From a plasmid: a stretch of DNA of 64,000 bases. The notes below the pieces were generated by a model. The model was given only the letters and a program-made list of their open reading frames with translations. It was not told where the DNA came from and made no database searches. Below are positions 1-11,186 of the stretch, piece after piece. Numbering within the stretch: the first letter of the stretch is position 1; each line of letters begins with the position of its first letter. The translations under genes and the position numbers were made by a program. The stretch is from sequence record NZ_CP020440.2; one strand, given 5' to 3'.

Positions 1-605
1 ACCAGATCCTGGATAGCGCAGAGCTGCATTTCGCCGAACACGGGTTCTCGGGCGCGTCGTTGCGCGACATGGCCGCCGATGCAGGGGTCAACCAGGCCCT
101 GATCCGCTATTACTTCGGCAGCAAGGAGGCCCTGTTCCAAGAGGTGTTCCGCCGCCGTGGCGGGGCGCTGTCGGGCCGCCGGCACGTGCTGCTTGACCAG
201 CTTCTGGCGAAGGACGAAGACCCGACGGTTGCTGATATCGTGCGGGCTTATCTGACGCCACAGTGGGACATGAAATACTCGGGTCCCAATGGCGCGGCCT
301 TCGTCCGTCTGCAGGCCCGCCTTCATGCCGAGCCCGAGGAATATGCCCTGCAACTGCGGCGCGAGGTCTATGACGCCTCGGTCAAGCGCTACATCCAGGC
401 ACTGGAACAGGCGCTGCCCAACCTGCCGCGCGAGGTGATCTCGGTCCGCATGGCCTTTCTGGTCGGCACCTATCTGTTCATGCTGAACGATCTGGGTCGG
501 CTGGGCGACATGACCGACGGCCAGCTGTACGAGATGGGCAAGGAGCCGATGCTGGACCACCTCGTCAGCTTCCTGACCGCTGGGCTCAAGGCGCCCGTTC
601 CCTGA
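1..605 (+). CDS. TetR/AcrR-family transcriptional regulator, 5'-truncated by the window start
   Basis: The frame continues from position 1 (QILDSAELHFAEHGFSGASLRDMAADAGVNQALIRYYFGSKEALF), a TetR N-terminal HTH motif, followed by a C-terminal ligand-binding-type region. Stop at 603-605. Confidence 0.8.
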   Translation, partial: QILDSAELHFAEHGFSGASLRDMAADAGVNQALIRYYFGSKEALFQEVFRRRGGALSGRRHVLLDQLLAKDEDPTVADIVRAYLTPQWDMKYSGPNGAAFVRLQARLHAEPEEYALQLRREVYDASVKRYIQALEQALPNLPREVISVRMAFLVGTYLFMLNDLGRLGDMTDGQLYEMGKEPMLDHLVSFLTAGLKAPVP

Positions 606-627
606 TCTTCAGCCTTAATTCCGCCAT

Positions 628-664
628 AGAATAATATTCGTTGTAATTATTCACACGAATAATT
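628..664. promoter_or_regulatory. AT-rich (~25% GC) intergenic promoter region with the inverted repeat TATTCG-N14-CGAATA; candidate TetR operator
   Basis: A 64-bp AT-rich island in a ~68% GC context, between the TetR stop and the maleate isomerase start. TATTCG (635-640) and CGAATA (655-660) are exact reverse complements. Confidence 0.4.
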
Positions 665-702
665 AGGCTATGATTCGAACCGCATTCAGCCAGGGCAGAC
701 CC

Positions 703-1452
703 ATGACCCCCATCCGCATCGGCCAGATCGTTCCCAGTTCGAACATCACCATGGAGACCGAGATCCCGGCGCTGCTGAAAGCCCGCGAGATGATCGCGCC
801 CGAGCGTTTCACCTTTCACTCGTCGCGCATGCGCATGAAACATGTGACCAGGGACGAGCTGTCCAAGATGGACGCCGACAGCGACCGCTGCGCGCTGGAA
901 CTGTCGGACGCCAAGGTCGATGTGATGGGCTATGCCTGTCTGGTCGCGATCATGTCGATGGGGCTGGGCTATCACGCCGCCTCGCAGGAGCGGCTGACCA
1001 AGGTGGTGCGCAGCAATGACAGCGACGGCGCGGTGGTGAACTCGGCCGGGGCGCTGATCGCCGGGCTGAAGGAACTGGGCGCGAAAAAGGTCGCGGTCGT
1101 CACCCCCTATATGAAGCCGCTGACCGAGATGGTCGTCGAATACATCCGCAACGAAGGCTTCGAGGTCGTCGATTACCGCGCGCTGGAAATTCAGGACAAC
1201 CTTGCCGTCGCGGCGCATGACCCGATGAACCTGCCCGGTATCGTCGCCGGTATGGATACGGCCGATGCCGATGTGATCGTGCTGTCGGCCTGTGTACAGA
1301 TGCCCTCGCTGCCCGCCGTTTCGGTGGTCGAGGCGCAGACCGGCAAGCCGGTGCTGACCGCCGCCATCGCCACCACCTGGTCGATGCTGCGCGCGCTGGA
1401 CCTGCCGACCCGCGTGCCGGGCGGCGGCGCGCTGCTTTCGGGCGCATACTAA
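703..1452 (+). CDS. maleate cis-trans isomerase (Asp/Glu/hydantoin racemase superfamily; NicE/MaiA-like)
   Basis: The N-terminus RIGQIVPSSNITMETEIPALL matches the hallmark motif of maleate isomerases (IGxIVPSSNTTMEtE). Both catalytic Cys contexts are present (YACLVA, VLSACVQMP). An alternative upstream start lies at 670. Confidence 0.75.
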   Translation: MTPIRIGQIVPSSNITMETEIPALLKAREMIAPERFTFHSSRMRMKHVTRDELSKMDADSDRCALELSDAKVDVMGYACLVAIMSMGLGYHAASQERLTKVVRSNDSDGAVVNSAGALIAGLKELGAKKVAVVTPYMKPLTEMVVEYIRNEGFEVVDYRALEIQDNLAVAAHDPMNLPGIVAGMDTADADVIVLSACVQMPSLPAVSVVEAQTGKPVLTAAIATTWSMLRALDLPTRVPGGGALLSGAY

Positions 1453-1463
1453 GGAGACCCGCC

Positions 1464-2246
1464 ATGACCAACGGCTATAACGTCCACGCCAACGGCATCC
1501 GCCATCACCTGCTGCATTATCCCGGCCCCGGCCCGGATCTGCTGCTGATCCCCGGCATCACCTCGCCCGCCATCACCTGGGGCTTTGTCGCCGAGCGGCT
1601 GGCCGAGCGCTATAATGTCCATGTCCTTGACGTGCGGGGCCGGGGGCTTAGCGAGGCGGGCGATCTGGACTATTCGCTGGACGCCATGGCCGATGATGCC
1701 ATTGCGCTGGTCGCGGCCTGTGGCCTGCAAAAGCCGATCCTGATGGGCCATTCCATGGGCGCGCGCACCGCCATCCGTGCGGCGCGCAAGAACGCCGAAC
1801 CCTTCTCGGGGCTGATCCTGCTGGATCCGCCGGTCAGCGGGCCGGGCCGGCGCGCCTATCCCAGCGCATGGCCGTGGTATGGCGATTCCATCCGCATGGC
1901 GCAAAAAGGCTGCTCGGCCGAAGACATGCGCGCCTTCTGCCCGACATGGACCGATGAACAGGTCGCGCTGCGCGCCGAATGGCTGCACACCTGCCAATAT
2001 ACCGCGATCAAGACCGCCTATGACGGGTTCCACACCGACGATATCCACGCCGATCTGCCGCATCTGAAACTGCCGGTGCGGCTGGTCAAGGCTGGCGGCG
2101 CGCCGGTGATCGGACCCGAGGATCTGGCCGAGATCCAGTCTTTGGTGCCGCATCTGGAAACCCGCATCGTCGAGGGGGCCGGTCACATGATCCCCTGGGA
2201 CGATCTTGAGGGGTTCCTGACCGCCACCATGGATTTCCAAGCATAA
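1464..2246 (+). CDS. alpha/beta-fold hydrolase, N-formylmaleamate deformylase (NicD)-like
   Basis: GHSMG nucleophile elbow, 260 aa. Sits between the maleate isomerase and NicX-like genes, matching the nicD-nicX arrangement of nic clusters. Confidence 0.65.
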   Translation: MTNGYNVHANGIRHHLLHYPGPGPDLLLIPGITSPAITWGFVAERLAERYNVHVLDVRGRGLSEAGDLDYSLDAMADDAIALVAACGLQKPILMGHSMGARTAIRAARKNAEPFSGLILLDPPVSGPGRRAYPSAWPWYGDSIRMAQKGCSAEDMRAFCPTWTDEQVALRAEWLHTCQYTAIKTAYDGFHTDDIHADLPHLKLPVRLVKAGGAPVIGPEDLAEIQSLVPHLETRIVEGAGHMIPWDDLEGFLTATMDFQA

Positions 2247-2267
2247 CCTCCAAACAGGGAGACTGAC

Positions 2268-3299
2268 ATGGACCACACGAGCTTTACCGAGATCTGCCTG
2301 CATCAGCTGAAGATGTCGGGCGTGCGCAAGGATGAGCGCCTGATCGTGCTGACGCAGGGCAATGAACGGCTGGCCTATGCCGATGCCTTCATGGCCGCAG
2401 GCCAGCGTCTGGGCGCGAATATGTATCACATGCGCCTGCCGGCGCCGCTGCCGACCGATGGCTGGGCGGTGGGCCAGACCGGCCTTGCCGCCATGCCCGA
2501 TGCGGTCGAGGCGCTGAAGAATTGCGACATGCTGATCGACTGCATCTTTTTGCTGTTCAGCCCCGAACAATTCGCCATTCAGGCCGCCGGCACCCGCATC
2601 CTGACCGCCGTCGAGCCGCCCGAGCTGCTGGCGCGGATGCTGCCCTATCCCGAGCTGCGCGAAAAGGTTCAGATCGCGGCCGATATCCTTGACCGGGCCA
2701 AGGTGATGCGCATCACCTCGGCGCATGGCACCGATGTCACCTATAAGCTGAACACCTATCCGACCGTGCCGGAATATGCCTGCACCGACACGCCCGGCCG
2801 CTGGGACCACTGGCCTTCGGGCTTCGTGTTCACAGGGGGCGACGATGACGGCGTTGACGGCACCATCGTCGTGGCACCGGGCGACATCCTGCTGCCCCAG
2901 AACCTGATGGTGCGCGAACCGATCACCTACACCATCGAGAAGGGCTGGATCACCGACATCCGTGGCGGGCTCGAGGCGGAGATCGTGAAATCCTACATGG
3001 ACAGCTTCAACGACAGGCGCGGCTACGGCATGAGCCATGTGGGCTGGGGCATGAACCCGAACGCGAAATGGCACAACTTCGTGCCCGGCACCTTCGAGGG
3101 CGGCATGGGCATGGAGCCGCGCAGCTTCTACGGCAACGTCATGTTCTCGACCGGCCCGAACAACGAGCTGGGCGGCCCGAACGACACGCATTGCCACCTG
3201 GACATCCCGATGCGCAATTGCTCGTTGTTCCTTGATGACCAGGCGATCGTGATCGACGGCGATATCGTCGTCAAGGACATCCAGCTGGCCCGCGCCTGA
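2268..3299 (+). CDS. 2,5-dihydroxypyridine 5,6-dioxygenase (NicX)-like protein (aminopeptidase-T/M29-like fold)
   Basis: 343 aa, the size of NicX. The N-terminal region resembles the M29/NicX family. The assignment rests mainly on conserved gene context (deformylase upstream, maleamate amidase downstream). Confidence 0.55.
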   Translation: MDHTSFTEICLHQLKMSGVRKDERLIVLTQGNERLAYADAFMAAGQRLGANMYHMRLPAPLPTDGWAVGQTGLAAMPDAVEALKNCDMLIDCIFLLFSPEQFAIQAAGTRILTAVEPPELLARMLPYPELREKVQIAADILDRAKVMRITSAHGTDVTYKLNTYPTVPEYACTDTPGRWDHWPSGFVFTGGDDDGVDGTIVVAPGDILLPQNLMVREPITYTIEKGWITDIRGGLEAEIVKSYMDSFNDRRGYGMSHVGWGMNPNAKWHNFVPGTFEGGMGMEPRSFYGNVMFSTGPNNELGGPNDTHCHLDIPMRNCSLFLDDQAIVIDGDIVVKDIQLARA

Positions 3300-3355
3300 T
3301 CCGGCCGCGGGCGGCCCGGTCGCGGGCCGCCCCCTTTCCCTGCAAGGAACAGAAC

Positions 3356-3976
3356 ATGTCTCAGCAACAGGTCTATGAGGCCGCCGGCTTCGGCGGCACG
3401 GTCGCGCGGGGCACCCGCCCGGCCATCGTCGTGGTGGATTTCACCTATGGCTTCACCGATCCGCAATATCCCACCGCGGCCGACATGTCGGCCGAGATCG
3501 CGGCGACCCGCAGGCTGACCGACCTGGCCCGCGCCAAGGGGTTTCCGGTCATCTATACGGTCATTGCCTATACACCGGGCGAACTTGACAAGACGCCCTG
3601 GCTGAAAAAAGCCACGGGGATGTCGGCCTTTCTGGCGGACAGTCGTCTGGTGCAGATCGACGAGGCGACGGGCAGGCAACCGGGTGACGCGGTCGTGGTC
3701 AAGAAGGGCGCCTCGGCCTTTTTCGGCAGCGCGCTTGGCGGGCTGCTGGTGGGGGCCCGGGCCGATACGGTGGTGGTCTGCGGCACGACCACCTCGGGCT
3801 GCGTGCGCGCCACGGTGGTCGATGCCGTGCAGTCCGGGTTCAACGTCCTGGTGCCGCGCGACTGCTGCGCTGACCGCGCCTCGGGGCCGCACGAGGCGAA
3901 CCTTTACGACATGCAGCAGAAATACGCCGATGTGACGGATGCCGAAGATATCCTTGCTTGGCTGGAGACGCTGTAA
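3356..3976 (+). CDS. isochorismatase-family hydrolase, maleamate amidohydrolase (NicF)-like
   Basis: 206 aa cysteine-hydrolase/isochorismatase fold (VVVDFTYGF ... VVVCGTTTSGCVRATVVDA with the catalytic Cys). Context as for NicX. Confidence 0.7.
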   Translation: MSQQQVYEAAGFGGTVARGTRPAIVVVDFTYGFTDPQYPTAADMSAEIAATRRLTDLARAKGFPVIYTVIAYTPGELDKTPWLKKATGMSAFLADSRLVQIDEATGRQPGDAVVVKKGASAFFGSALGGLLVGARADTVVVCGTTTSGCVRATVVDAVQSGFNVLVPRDCCADRASGPHEANLYDMQQKYADVTDAEDILAWLETL

Positions 3977-4080
3977 GCGGCCCGCTTTCCGGAAGATGGC
4001 CGCCGGCGGGGGAAACCCGCGCCGGTTGTGCCCGCCGCATGATCCTGGCGGCGTACCCCCCTCCGCCGGGAAACGGATGA

Positions 4081-5655
<1,575 letters not shown>

Positions 5656-5681
5656 ACGCCGGTGGCAATCGGGATGAAGAA

Positions 5682-5706
5682 AGGCGGCCCAAGGGCCGCC
5701 TTTTGC
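5682..5706 (+). terminator. rho-independent terminator of gdhA
   Basis: GGCGGCCC-aag-GGCCGCC followed by TTTTGCC, 27 nt after the gdhA stop. Confidence 0.7.
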
Positions 5707-5981
5707 CAAATCGGGACGCGTCATCCTTTCAGCGGCCCCGAAGCTCCATCGTGGATCCCGGCCTCAAGCCGCGGATCTGCCGGGGTTTGAATATCCCCTT
5801 CCGGGCGGAAGAAGGGCAGACCTGTCCGACGATGACGGCAGGAGGAATGGCGGGCAGCTGCTGCGAACGACCGAGGCCGGGGCTGGCCGTCCCGGATGCC
5901 CGCTTCGCTCCGGTGGACAGCGACGGCATCCGCGCCATCCGCTTCCGGCTGGAACCACGGGGCAACGCGGATGCCACCGCG

Positions 5982-6812
5982 CTAGGCCACCTCGGCCGCC
6001 AGTCCGCCGCGCCCGGCCGAGGCCAGCCGGGCCAGCGCCTCGGTCACCTCGACCCGGCGGTAGGTTTCCGTGACCAGCCCCTCGGCCGAGCGCAGGCCCA
6101 CGCGCGTCTGCAGGGCCGCCTGCCGGTCCTTCGGATCGACCTCGGCGTCGCAGGCGACCAGCCAGTTCGCATAATCGTCGTCGTTTTCCTTGATCGGGAT
6201 GCCGCTGCTGTTCACCGCCCCCGGTGCGCGGCGCATCGACACGATCTCGGACACCGGGCGCAGCGCCTGCGTCGGGTTGAACTCGGTCCGCTTGTCGGTG
6301 CCGGCGATCTCGACATCGCCGCCGGCCACCCGCCCCGAGGCGCTGTAGACAAAGGCCGAGGCGATGCGGTCCAGCGCGGCCTCGACCTCTTTCGGGCGAT
6401 GGACCACGTCGCGGGGCGGGCGGTCGGGAACGGCGAGACGGGTGATGCCGCGGTCGTTGATCGCGTCCAGGACCTCGCGGTGGTCGTCGGTGCGCAGGAT
6501 CACCTCGCGTCGGGCCGGCCAGAAGTCATAGGGCGCATGGGCGCCGTGGCTCTTGCCGATATGGAAGGCATAGATTTCCGGATAGACGGCGCGGCTGCTG
6601 CGGCGCGTCGGGCGGGCGTCGTAATAGGCCATCATTGCGCATTGCACCAGATGCGTGGCGCCGACCCCGCCCAGCGGCGCGTCGATGACAAGGCCGAGGC
6701 GGTCGAGCTCGGTCCAGCCGGGAAACAGCGCCTCCATCGTGGCCGGCCGGCCGCCGATGCTGATCTGGAACATGTCGGTGCGAAGCAGCCCGGCGACGTG
6801 CATGGTGGTCAT
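5982..6812 (-). CDS. conserved hypothetical protein (276 aa), divergent from acxR
   Basis: Long ORF with strong GC3 bias on the coding strand and no recognisable motif (motif HIGKSHGAHAPYDFWP). The reading frame is clean. Confidence 0.6.
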   Translation of the reverse strand: MTTMHVAGLLRTDMFQISIGGRPATMEALFPGWTELDRLGLVIDAPLGGVGATHLVQCAMMAYYDARPTRRSSRAVYPEIYAFHIGKSHGAHAPYDFWPARREVILRTDDHREVLDAINDRGITRLAVPDRPPRDVVHRPKEVEAALDRIASAFVYSASGRVAGGDVEIAGTDKRTEFNPTQALRPVSEIVSMRRAPGAVNSSGIPIKENDDDYANWLVACDAEVDPKDRQAALQTRVGLRSAEGLVTETYRRVEVTEALARLASAGRGGLAAEVA

Positions 6813-7036
6813 CCTCCTCCTGTGCCGGCCGCGAAACGCCGCGACCGGCCGCCAACCTAGCGCGGAACGGGCGGGCTGACATCACCTTTGTTGCGGCGCA
6901 CCGGCGCTGGCGCGAGGGCCGTCGCGGCTCAGCCGGCTTCCCAAGCCGCAGGGGCATCACCGCCGGTTCCCGGAGCCTTTTCTTGACATTCCACGGCCGA
7001 ATCGCCTTAACTTCAGCACCTCACAAGAGGCCTGAC

Positions 7037-8878
7037 ATGGCGGAGAGCATCCAGAAGGAGGACTGGGAGCGCTTTCGGGCCTTGGGGAGCGTGCCCCCAA
7101 GCATTCGCGAAATCGTTCTCAGGTCGTGGGTAAGATCACTCGACAGCGTCGGGCTGCAGGGCCTGAAGCGTGCCCCTCTGGTCGCGGACGAGGAATTGCG
7201 CGCCATCCGCCGGCGCAATGTCCGGCTGCTGCGGGCGGCGCAGGACGCGGTCGGGCGCGCGGGCTACATGCTGGACGGCGCCGGGGCGATGCTGCTGCTG
7301 TGCGACCGCGCGGGCATGGTGCTGGATGCCGCGGGCGACACCCGCATCCGTTCGCGCGGCGAGGAAAATCACCTTCATCCGGGAGGGCTTTGGGATGAGG
7401 GCGCGATCGGCACCAACGCGATCGGCACCGCCCTGCACCTGGGCAAGGCCGTCAGCATCGCGGGGGTCGAGCATTTCTGCGAGGCGATCCAGCGCTGGTC
7501 CTGCGCGGCGGCCCCGGTTCGCGATCCGCTGACCGGCGGCATCCTGGGCGCGGTCGACATATCGGCGCCTTCGGACGAAAACCTGCGCCAGGGCGCCGCG
7601 CTTTCGGTCAGCCTGGCCATGCAGATCGAGGAAGCGCTGCGCCGGCTTGGCCTGCAGGAACACCAGATCCTTATCGACCGGCTGCTGTCCCGGCGCAACC
7701 GGGGTGGCGAGGAGTTGCTGCTGCTGGACAGGTACGGCAACCGGATCTGGGCCAGCGAAAGCTTTGGCCGCCTCGCGGAGCGTTTCGACGCCGGCCAGCG
7801 GATGATCGAGGAATTCGCCGCCGGTTCGGGCGCAGGCGGCGATGGCGATCCCCGCGCCCTTGCGGGACGGATGCGCGAGGTGCTGCCCGAGGCAGATGTG
7901 AACCTGATCTCGGAAAACGGCGAACCGCTGGGGCTGATGCTCGCCTTTGCCGCGCCGCGCCCGCGCGGCGGCGCGGTCCGGGCCGAGCTTGCCGCCATCG
8001 CAGAGACCGGCCCGACCATGGCCGCGATCTGCGCCGAGGCGCTGGAGCTGGTCGAAAGCGGGGTGCCGCTGCTGATCAAGGGCGCGGCCGGCAGCGGCAA
8101 GGAAACGCTGGCGCGCGCCCTGCATGGCGCGGGGCCGCTGGCAAGGCTGCCGCTGGCGGTGGTGGATTGCGGGCTGATGGATGCCGAAAGCCTGCGCGGC
8201 GGTGCGGGCGGCCTTCCGGGCGCGGTGGGCGGCACCCTTGCCCAACTCGCCGAGACCGGCGGCACGCTGGTTCTGGACGAGCTGTCCGAGACGCCCGCCG
8301 CGGTGCAGGCGCTGCTGGCGCAGGCGCTTGCGCATCTGCGCCGCGAAGCCGGCGCGCCGGTGCAGTTCATCAGCCTCTCCTCGGTCCCGCTGTCGGAACG
8401 GGTGGCGACGGGGGCGCTGCGGGCGGACCTGCATTTTCGGCTGTCGGGGGCCATCCTGCGGCTGCCCGCGCTGGCCGAACGCCGCGGTGACCTGGAACAG
8501 CTGGTGAAGCGGTTCTCGGAGATCTATTCGGACCGCCGCAAGGGCAGCGCCCTGCGCTTTACCCCCGCCGCCATGCTTCGGCTGCAAGCCCATGACTGGC
8601 CGGGCAACCTGCGCGAGTTGCGCAACATGATCGAGGCGCTGTCGGCGACGTCCTTCAGCCGGCTGGTCGACGTGACCGACCTGCCGCAGGGCATCGCGCA
8701 CGGACCCGGAAAGATGCGCGAGGACACGCTGCGCGACCGCGAACGGGCCGAGATCCTGAATGCGGTGGCGCAATGCGGCGGCAACATGACCGAAACCGCG
8801 CGCCGGCTGGGGATCTCGCGTTCGACCCTTTACCTGAAGCTTGAACAATATGGCGTGCCGCGCGGTCGCCGGCACTAG
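7037..8878 (+). CDS. acxR: sigma-54-dependent Fis-family transcriptional activator with N-terminal GAF-like sensor (AcxR/AcoR type)
   Basis: AAA+ sigma-54 interaction domain (Walker A variant GAAGSGKE, the GAFTGA-region and WPGNLRELRNMIE) and a C-terminal Fis HTH (TETARRLGISRSTLYLKLEQYG). AAGAGG RBS 6 nt before the ATG at 7037. Immediately upstream of acxABC. Confidence 0.8.
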   Translation: MAESIQKEDWERFRALGSVPPSIREIVLRSWVRSLDSVGLQGLKRAPLVADEELRAIRRRNVRLLRAAQDAVGRAGYMLDGAGAMLLLCDRAGMVLDAAGDTRIRSRGEENHLHPGGLWDEGAIGTNAIGTALHLGKAVSIAGVEHFCEAIQRWSCAAAPVRDPLTGGILGAVDISAPSDENLRQGAALSVSLAMQIEEALRRLGLQEHQILIDRLLSRRNRGGEELLLLDRYGNRIWASESFGRLAERFDAGQRMIEEFAAGSGAGGDGDPRALAGRMREVLPEADVNLISENGEPLGLMLAFAAPRPRGGAVRAELAAIAETGPTMAAICAEALELVESGVPLLIKGAAGSGKETLARALHGAGPLARLPLAVVDCGLMDAESLRGGAGGLPGAVGGTLAQLAETGGTLVLDELSETPAAVQALLAQALAHLRREAGAPVQFISLSSVPLSERVATGALRADLHFRLSGAILRLPALAERRGDLEQLVKRFSEIYSDRRKGSALRFTPAAMLRLQAHDWPGNLRELRNMIEALSATSFSRLVDVTDLPQGIAHGPGKMREDTLRDRERAEILNAVAQCGGNMTETARRLGISRSTLYLKLEQYGVPRGRRH

Positions 8879-8921
8879 GCTTTCTGCATCGCGTCATCGC
8901 GTCCGCAGCATGTCCGACGCA

Positions 8922-8940
8922 TTGTCCGAAAACCGGACAA
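8922..8940. promoter_or_regulatory. perfect palindrome TTGTCCG-AAAAC-CGGACAA, candidate enhancer-binding (UAS) site for the sigma-54 activator
   Basis: 7-bp perfect inverted arms. An additional TGTCCG half-site lies 10 bp upstream (8911-8916). Located in the acxR-acxA intergenic region. Confidence 0.4.
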
Positions 8941-9010
8941 CACACGGTCGGACCGCGAAGGCATCCTGTCATCACGCCACGGGGAGGTGGCGCAATGGGA
9001 GGAGCAAACC

Positions 9011-11164
9011 GTGCCATTGGACAAATCCAACAATCGAAAAGTGCAGGTGCTGGGCATCGACGCCGGCGGCACCATGACCGACACGTTCTTCGTGGACAGC
9101 GACGGCGATTTCGTCGTCGGCAAGGCGCAGTCGACGCCGCAGAACGAGGCGCTCGGCCTGATCGCCAGTTCCAAGGAGGGGCTTGAGCATTGGGGCCTGA
9201 CGCTGGAGGACGCCCTGGGCGAGATCCAGACCGGCGTCTATTCCGGCACAGCGATGCTGAACCGGGTCGTGCAGCGCAAGGGCCTGCGTTGCGGCCTGAT
9301 CGTCAATGCGGGGATGGAGGATTTCCACCGCATGGGCCGCGCGATCCAGGCCTATCTGGGCTTTGCCTATGAGGACCGCATCCACCTGAACACCCATTAC
9401 TACGACGAACCGCTGGTGCCGCGCCATCTGACGCGCGGCGTGATGGAGCGGGTGGACATGTCCGGGACCGTGGTCATTCCGCTGCGCGAGGACACCGCCC
9501 GCCAGGCCGCGCGCGAACTGATCGCGCAGGATGTCGAGGGCATCGTCATCTCGCTGCTGCACAGCTATCGCAACCCGGCCCATGAACGCCGTGTGCGCGA
9601 CATCGTGCAGGCCGAGGTGGACGCCTCGGGCAAGAAGATCCCGGTCTTTGCCTCGACCGACTATTACCCGGTGCGCAAGGAAACCCATCGCACCAACACC
9701 ACGATCCTGGAAGCCTATGCCGCCGAGCCGTCGCGCCAGACGCTGAGCAAGATCACCTCGGCCTTCAAGGAGAACGGCTCGAAATTCGACTTCCGGGTGA
9801 TGGCGACGCATGGCGGCACCATCTCGTGGAAGGCCAAGGAACTGGCGCGCACCATCGTCTCGGGTCCGATCGGCGGCGTAATCGGTGCCAAATACCTGGG
9901 CGAGGTGCTGGGCTATTCCAACATCGCCTGTTCGGACATCGGCGGCACCTCGTTCGACGTGGCGCTGATCACCCAGAACGAACTGACCATCCGCAACGAC
10001 CCCGACATGGCGCGGCTGGTGCTGTCGCTGCCGCTGGTCGCGATGGATTCGGTCGGCGCGGGCGCCGGTTCGTTCATCCGGCTGGACCCCTATACCAAGG
10101 CGATCAAGCTGGGCCCGGACAGCGCCGGCTATCGCGTCGGCGTCTGCTGGGAAGCCTCGGGGATCGAGACCGTCACCATCTCGGACTGTCACGTCATCCT
10201 GGGCTATCTGAACCCCGACAACTTCCTGGGCGGCCAGGTCAAGCTGGACCGCGAACGCGCCTGGAAGGCGATGAAGGAACAGATCGCCGACCCCTTGGGC
10301 CTGTCGGTCGAGGATGCGGCTGCGGGTGTCATCGAGCTTCTGGACAGCGACCTGCGCGACTATCTGCGCTCGATGATCTCGGGCAAGGGCTCGACGCCGG
10401 GCAACTTCGTCTGCTTCAGCTATGGCGGCGCGGGACCGGTCCACACCTATGGCTATACCGAGGGGCTGGGGTTCGAGGACGTGATCGTGCCGGCCTGGGC
10501 CGCGGGTTTCAGCGCCTTCGGCTGCGCGGCGGCGGATTTCGAATACCGCTATGACAAGTCCCTGGACATCAACATCGCAAGCGACGCCTCGGCCGATCTG
10601 AAAGCGACGCAGGCCGCCACGCTGCAAGCGGCCTGGGAGGAGCTGAAGGAGCGCGTGCTGGAGGAATTCGAGATCAACGGCTATGCCGCCGACCGCGTGC
10701 AGCTGCAACCGGGCTTCCGCATGCAGTATCGCGGCCAGCTGAACGACCTGGAAATCGAATCCCCGATCATGGCGGCGCACTCCGCCGAGGACTGGGACAA
10801 GCTGGTCGAAGCGTTCAACGACACCTACGGCCGGGTCTATGCCGCATCGGCCCGCTCGCCCGAACTGGGCTATTCCGTGACCGGCGCGATCATGCGCGGC
10901 ACGGTGCCGATCCCGAAGCCGAAGATCCCGAAAGAGCCCGAGGCCGGCCCGACCCCGCCCGAGGAAGCCAAGCTCGGCACGCGCAAGTTCTATCGCCACA
11001 AGCAATGGGTCGATGCCCAGCTTTACCGGATGGAGGCCCTGCAGCCGGGCAACCGCATCACCGGCCCCGCCGTCATCGAATCCGACGCCACCACCTTCGT
11101 GGTGCCGGGCGGTTTCGAGACGTTCCTGGACGGCCACCGCCTGTTCCACCTGAAAGAGCTTTGA
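9011..11164 (+). CDS. acxA: acetone carboxylase beta subunit (hydantoinase/oxoprolinase A family)
   Basis: VQVLGIDAGGTMTDTF N-terminal ATPase motif of the hydantoinase-A family. GGAGGAG RBS 6 nt before the GTG at 9011 gives a 717-aa product, the size of AcxA. The track ORF starts at the GTG at 8987. Confidence 0.85.
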   Translation: MPLDKSNNRKVQVLGIDAGGTMTDTFFVDSDGDFVVGKAQSTPQNEALGLIASSKEGLEHWGLTLEDALGEIQTGVYSGTAMLNRVVQRKGLRCGLIVNAGMEDFHRMGRAIQAYLGFAYEDRIHLNTHYYDEPLVPRHLTRGVMERVDMSGTVVIPLREDTARQAARELIAQDVEGIVISLLHSYRNPAHERRVRDIVQAEVDASGKKIPVFASTDYYPVRKETHRTNTTILEAYAAEPSRQTLSKITSAFKENGSKFDFRVMATHGGTISWKAKELARTIVSGPIGGVIGAKYLGEVLGYSNIACSDIGGTSFDVALITQNELTIRNDPDMARLVLSLPLVAMDSVGAGAGSFIRLDPYTKAIKLGPDSAGYRVGVCWEASGIETVTISDCHVILGYLNPDNFLGGQVKLDRERAWKAMKEQIADPLGLSVEDAAAGVIELLDSDLRDYLRSMISGKGSTPGNFVCFSYGGAGPVHTYGYTEGLGFEDVIVPAWAAGFSAFGCAAADFEYRYDKSLDINIASDASADLKATQAATLQAAWEELKERVLEEFEINGYAADRVQLQPGFRMQYRGQLNDLEIESPIMAAHSAEDWDKLVEAFNDTYGRVYAASARSPELGYSVTGAIMRGTVPIPKPKIPKEPEAGPTPPEEAKLGTRKFYRHKQWVDAQLYRMEALQPGNRITGPAVIESDATTFVVPGGFETFLDGHRLFHLKEL

Positions 11165-11186
11165 TTTCCCGGGGAGGAGAAACACC

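Noticed and set aside
1449-3197. Long antisense ORFs in the track: 1449-3197 (582 aa), 3904-5724 (606 aa), 7136-8875 (579 aa), 8972-11287 (771 aa), 11073-13310 (745 aa), 15847-17217, 32635-34905 (756 aa), 35124-36937, 40891-42654 (587 aa), 51792-53726 (644 aa), 54457-55755, 57045-58919, 58944-60335 and similar
   Set aside because: Each lies opposite a gene with unambiguous homology and correct GC3 bias. Their products are Arg/Ala/Gly/Pro-rich low-complexity strings, typical of stop-codon-poor antisense frames in ~68% GC DNA.
8941-9010. Sigma-54 (-24 GG / -12 GC) promoter for acxA
   Set aside because: Expected because the adjacent regulator is a sigma-54 enhancer-binding protein. Candidate stretches (TGTCCG-N5-TTGTC, TGGCGC-N5-GAGG) lack the invariant GG/GC dinucleotides at the correct spacing. 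Left as unresolved rather than annotated.
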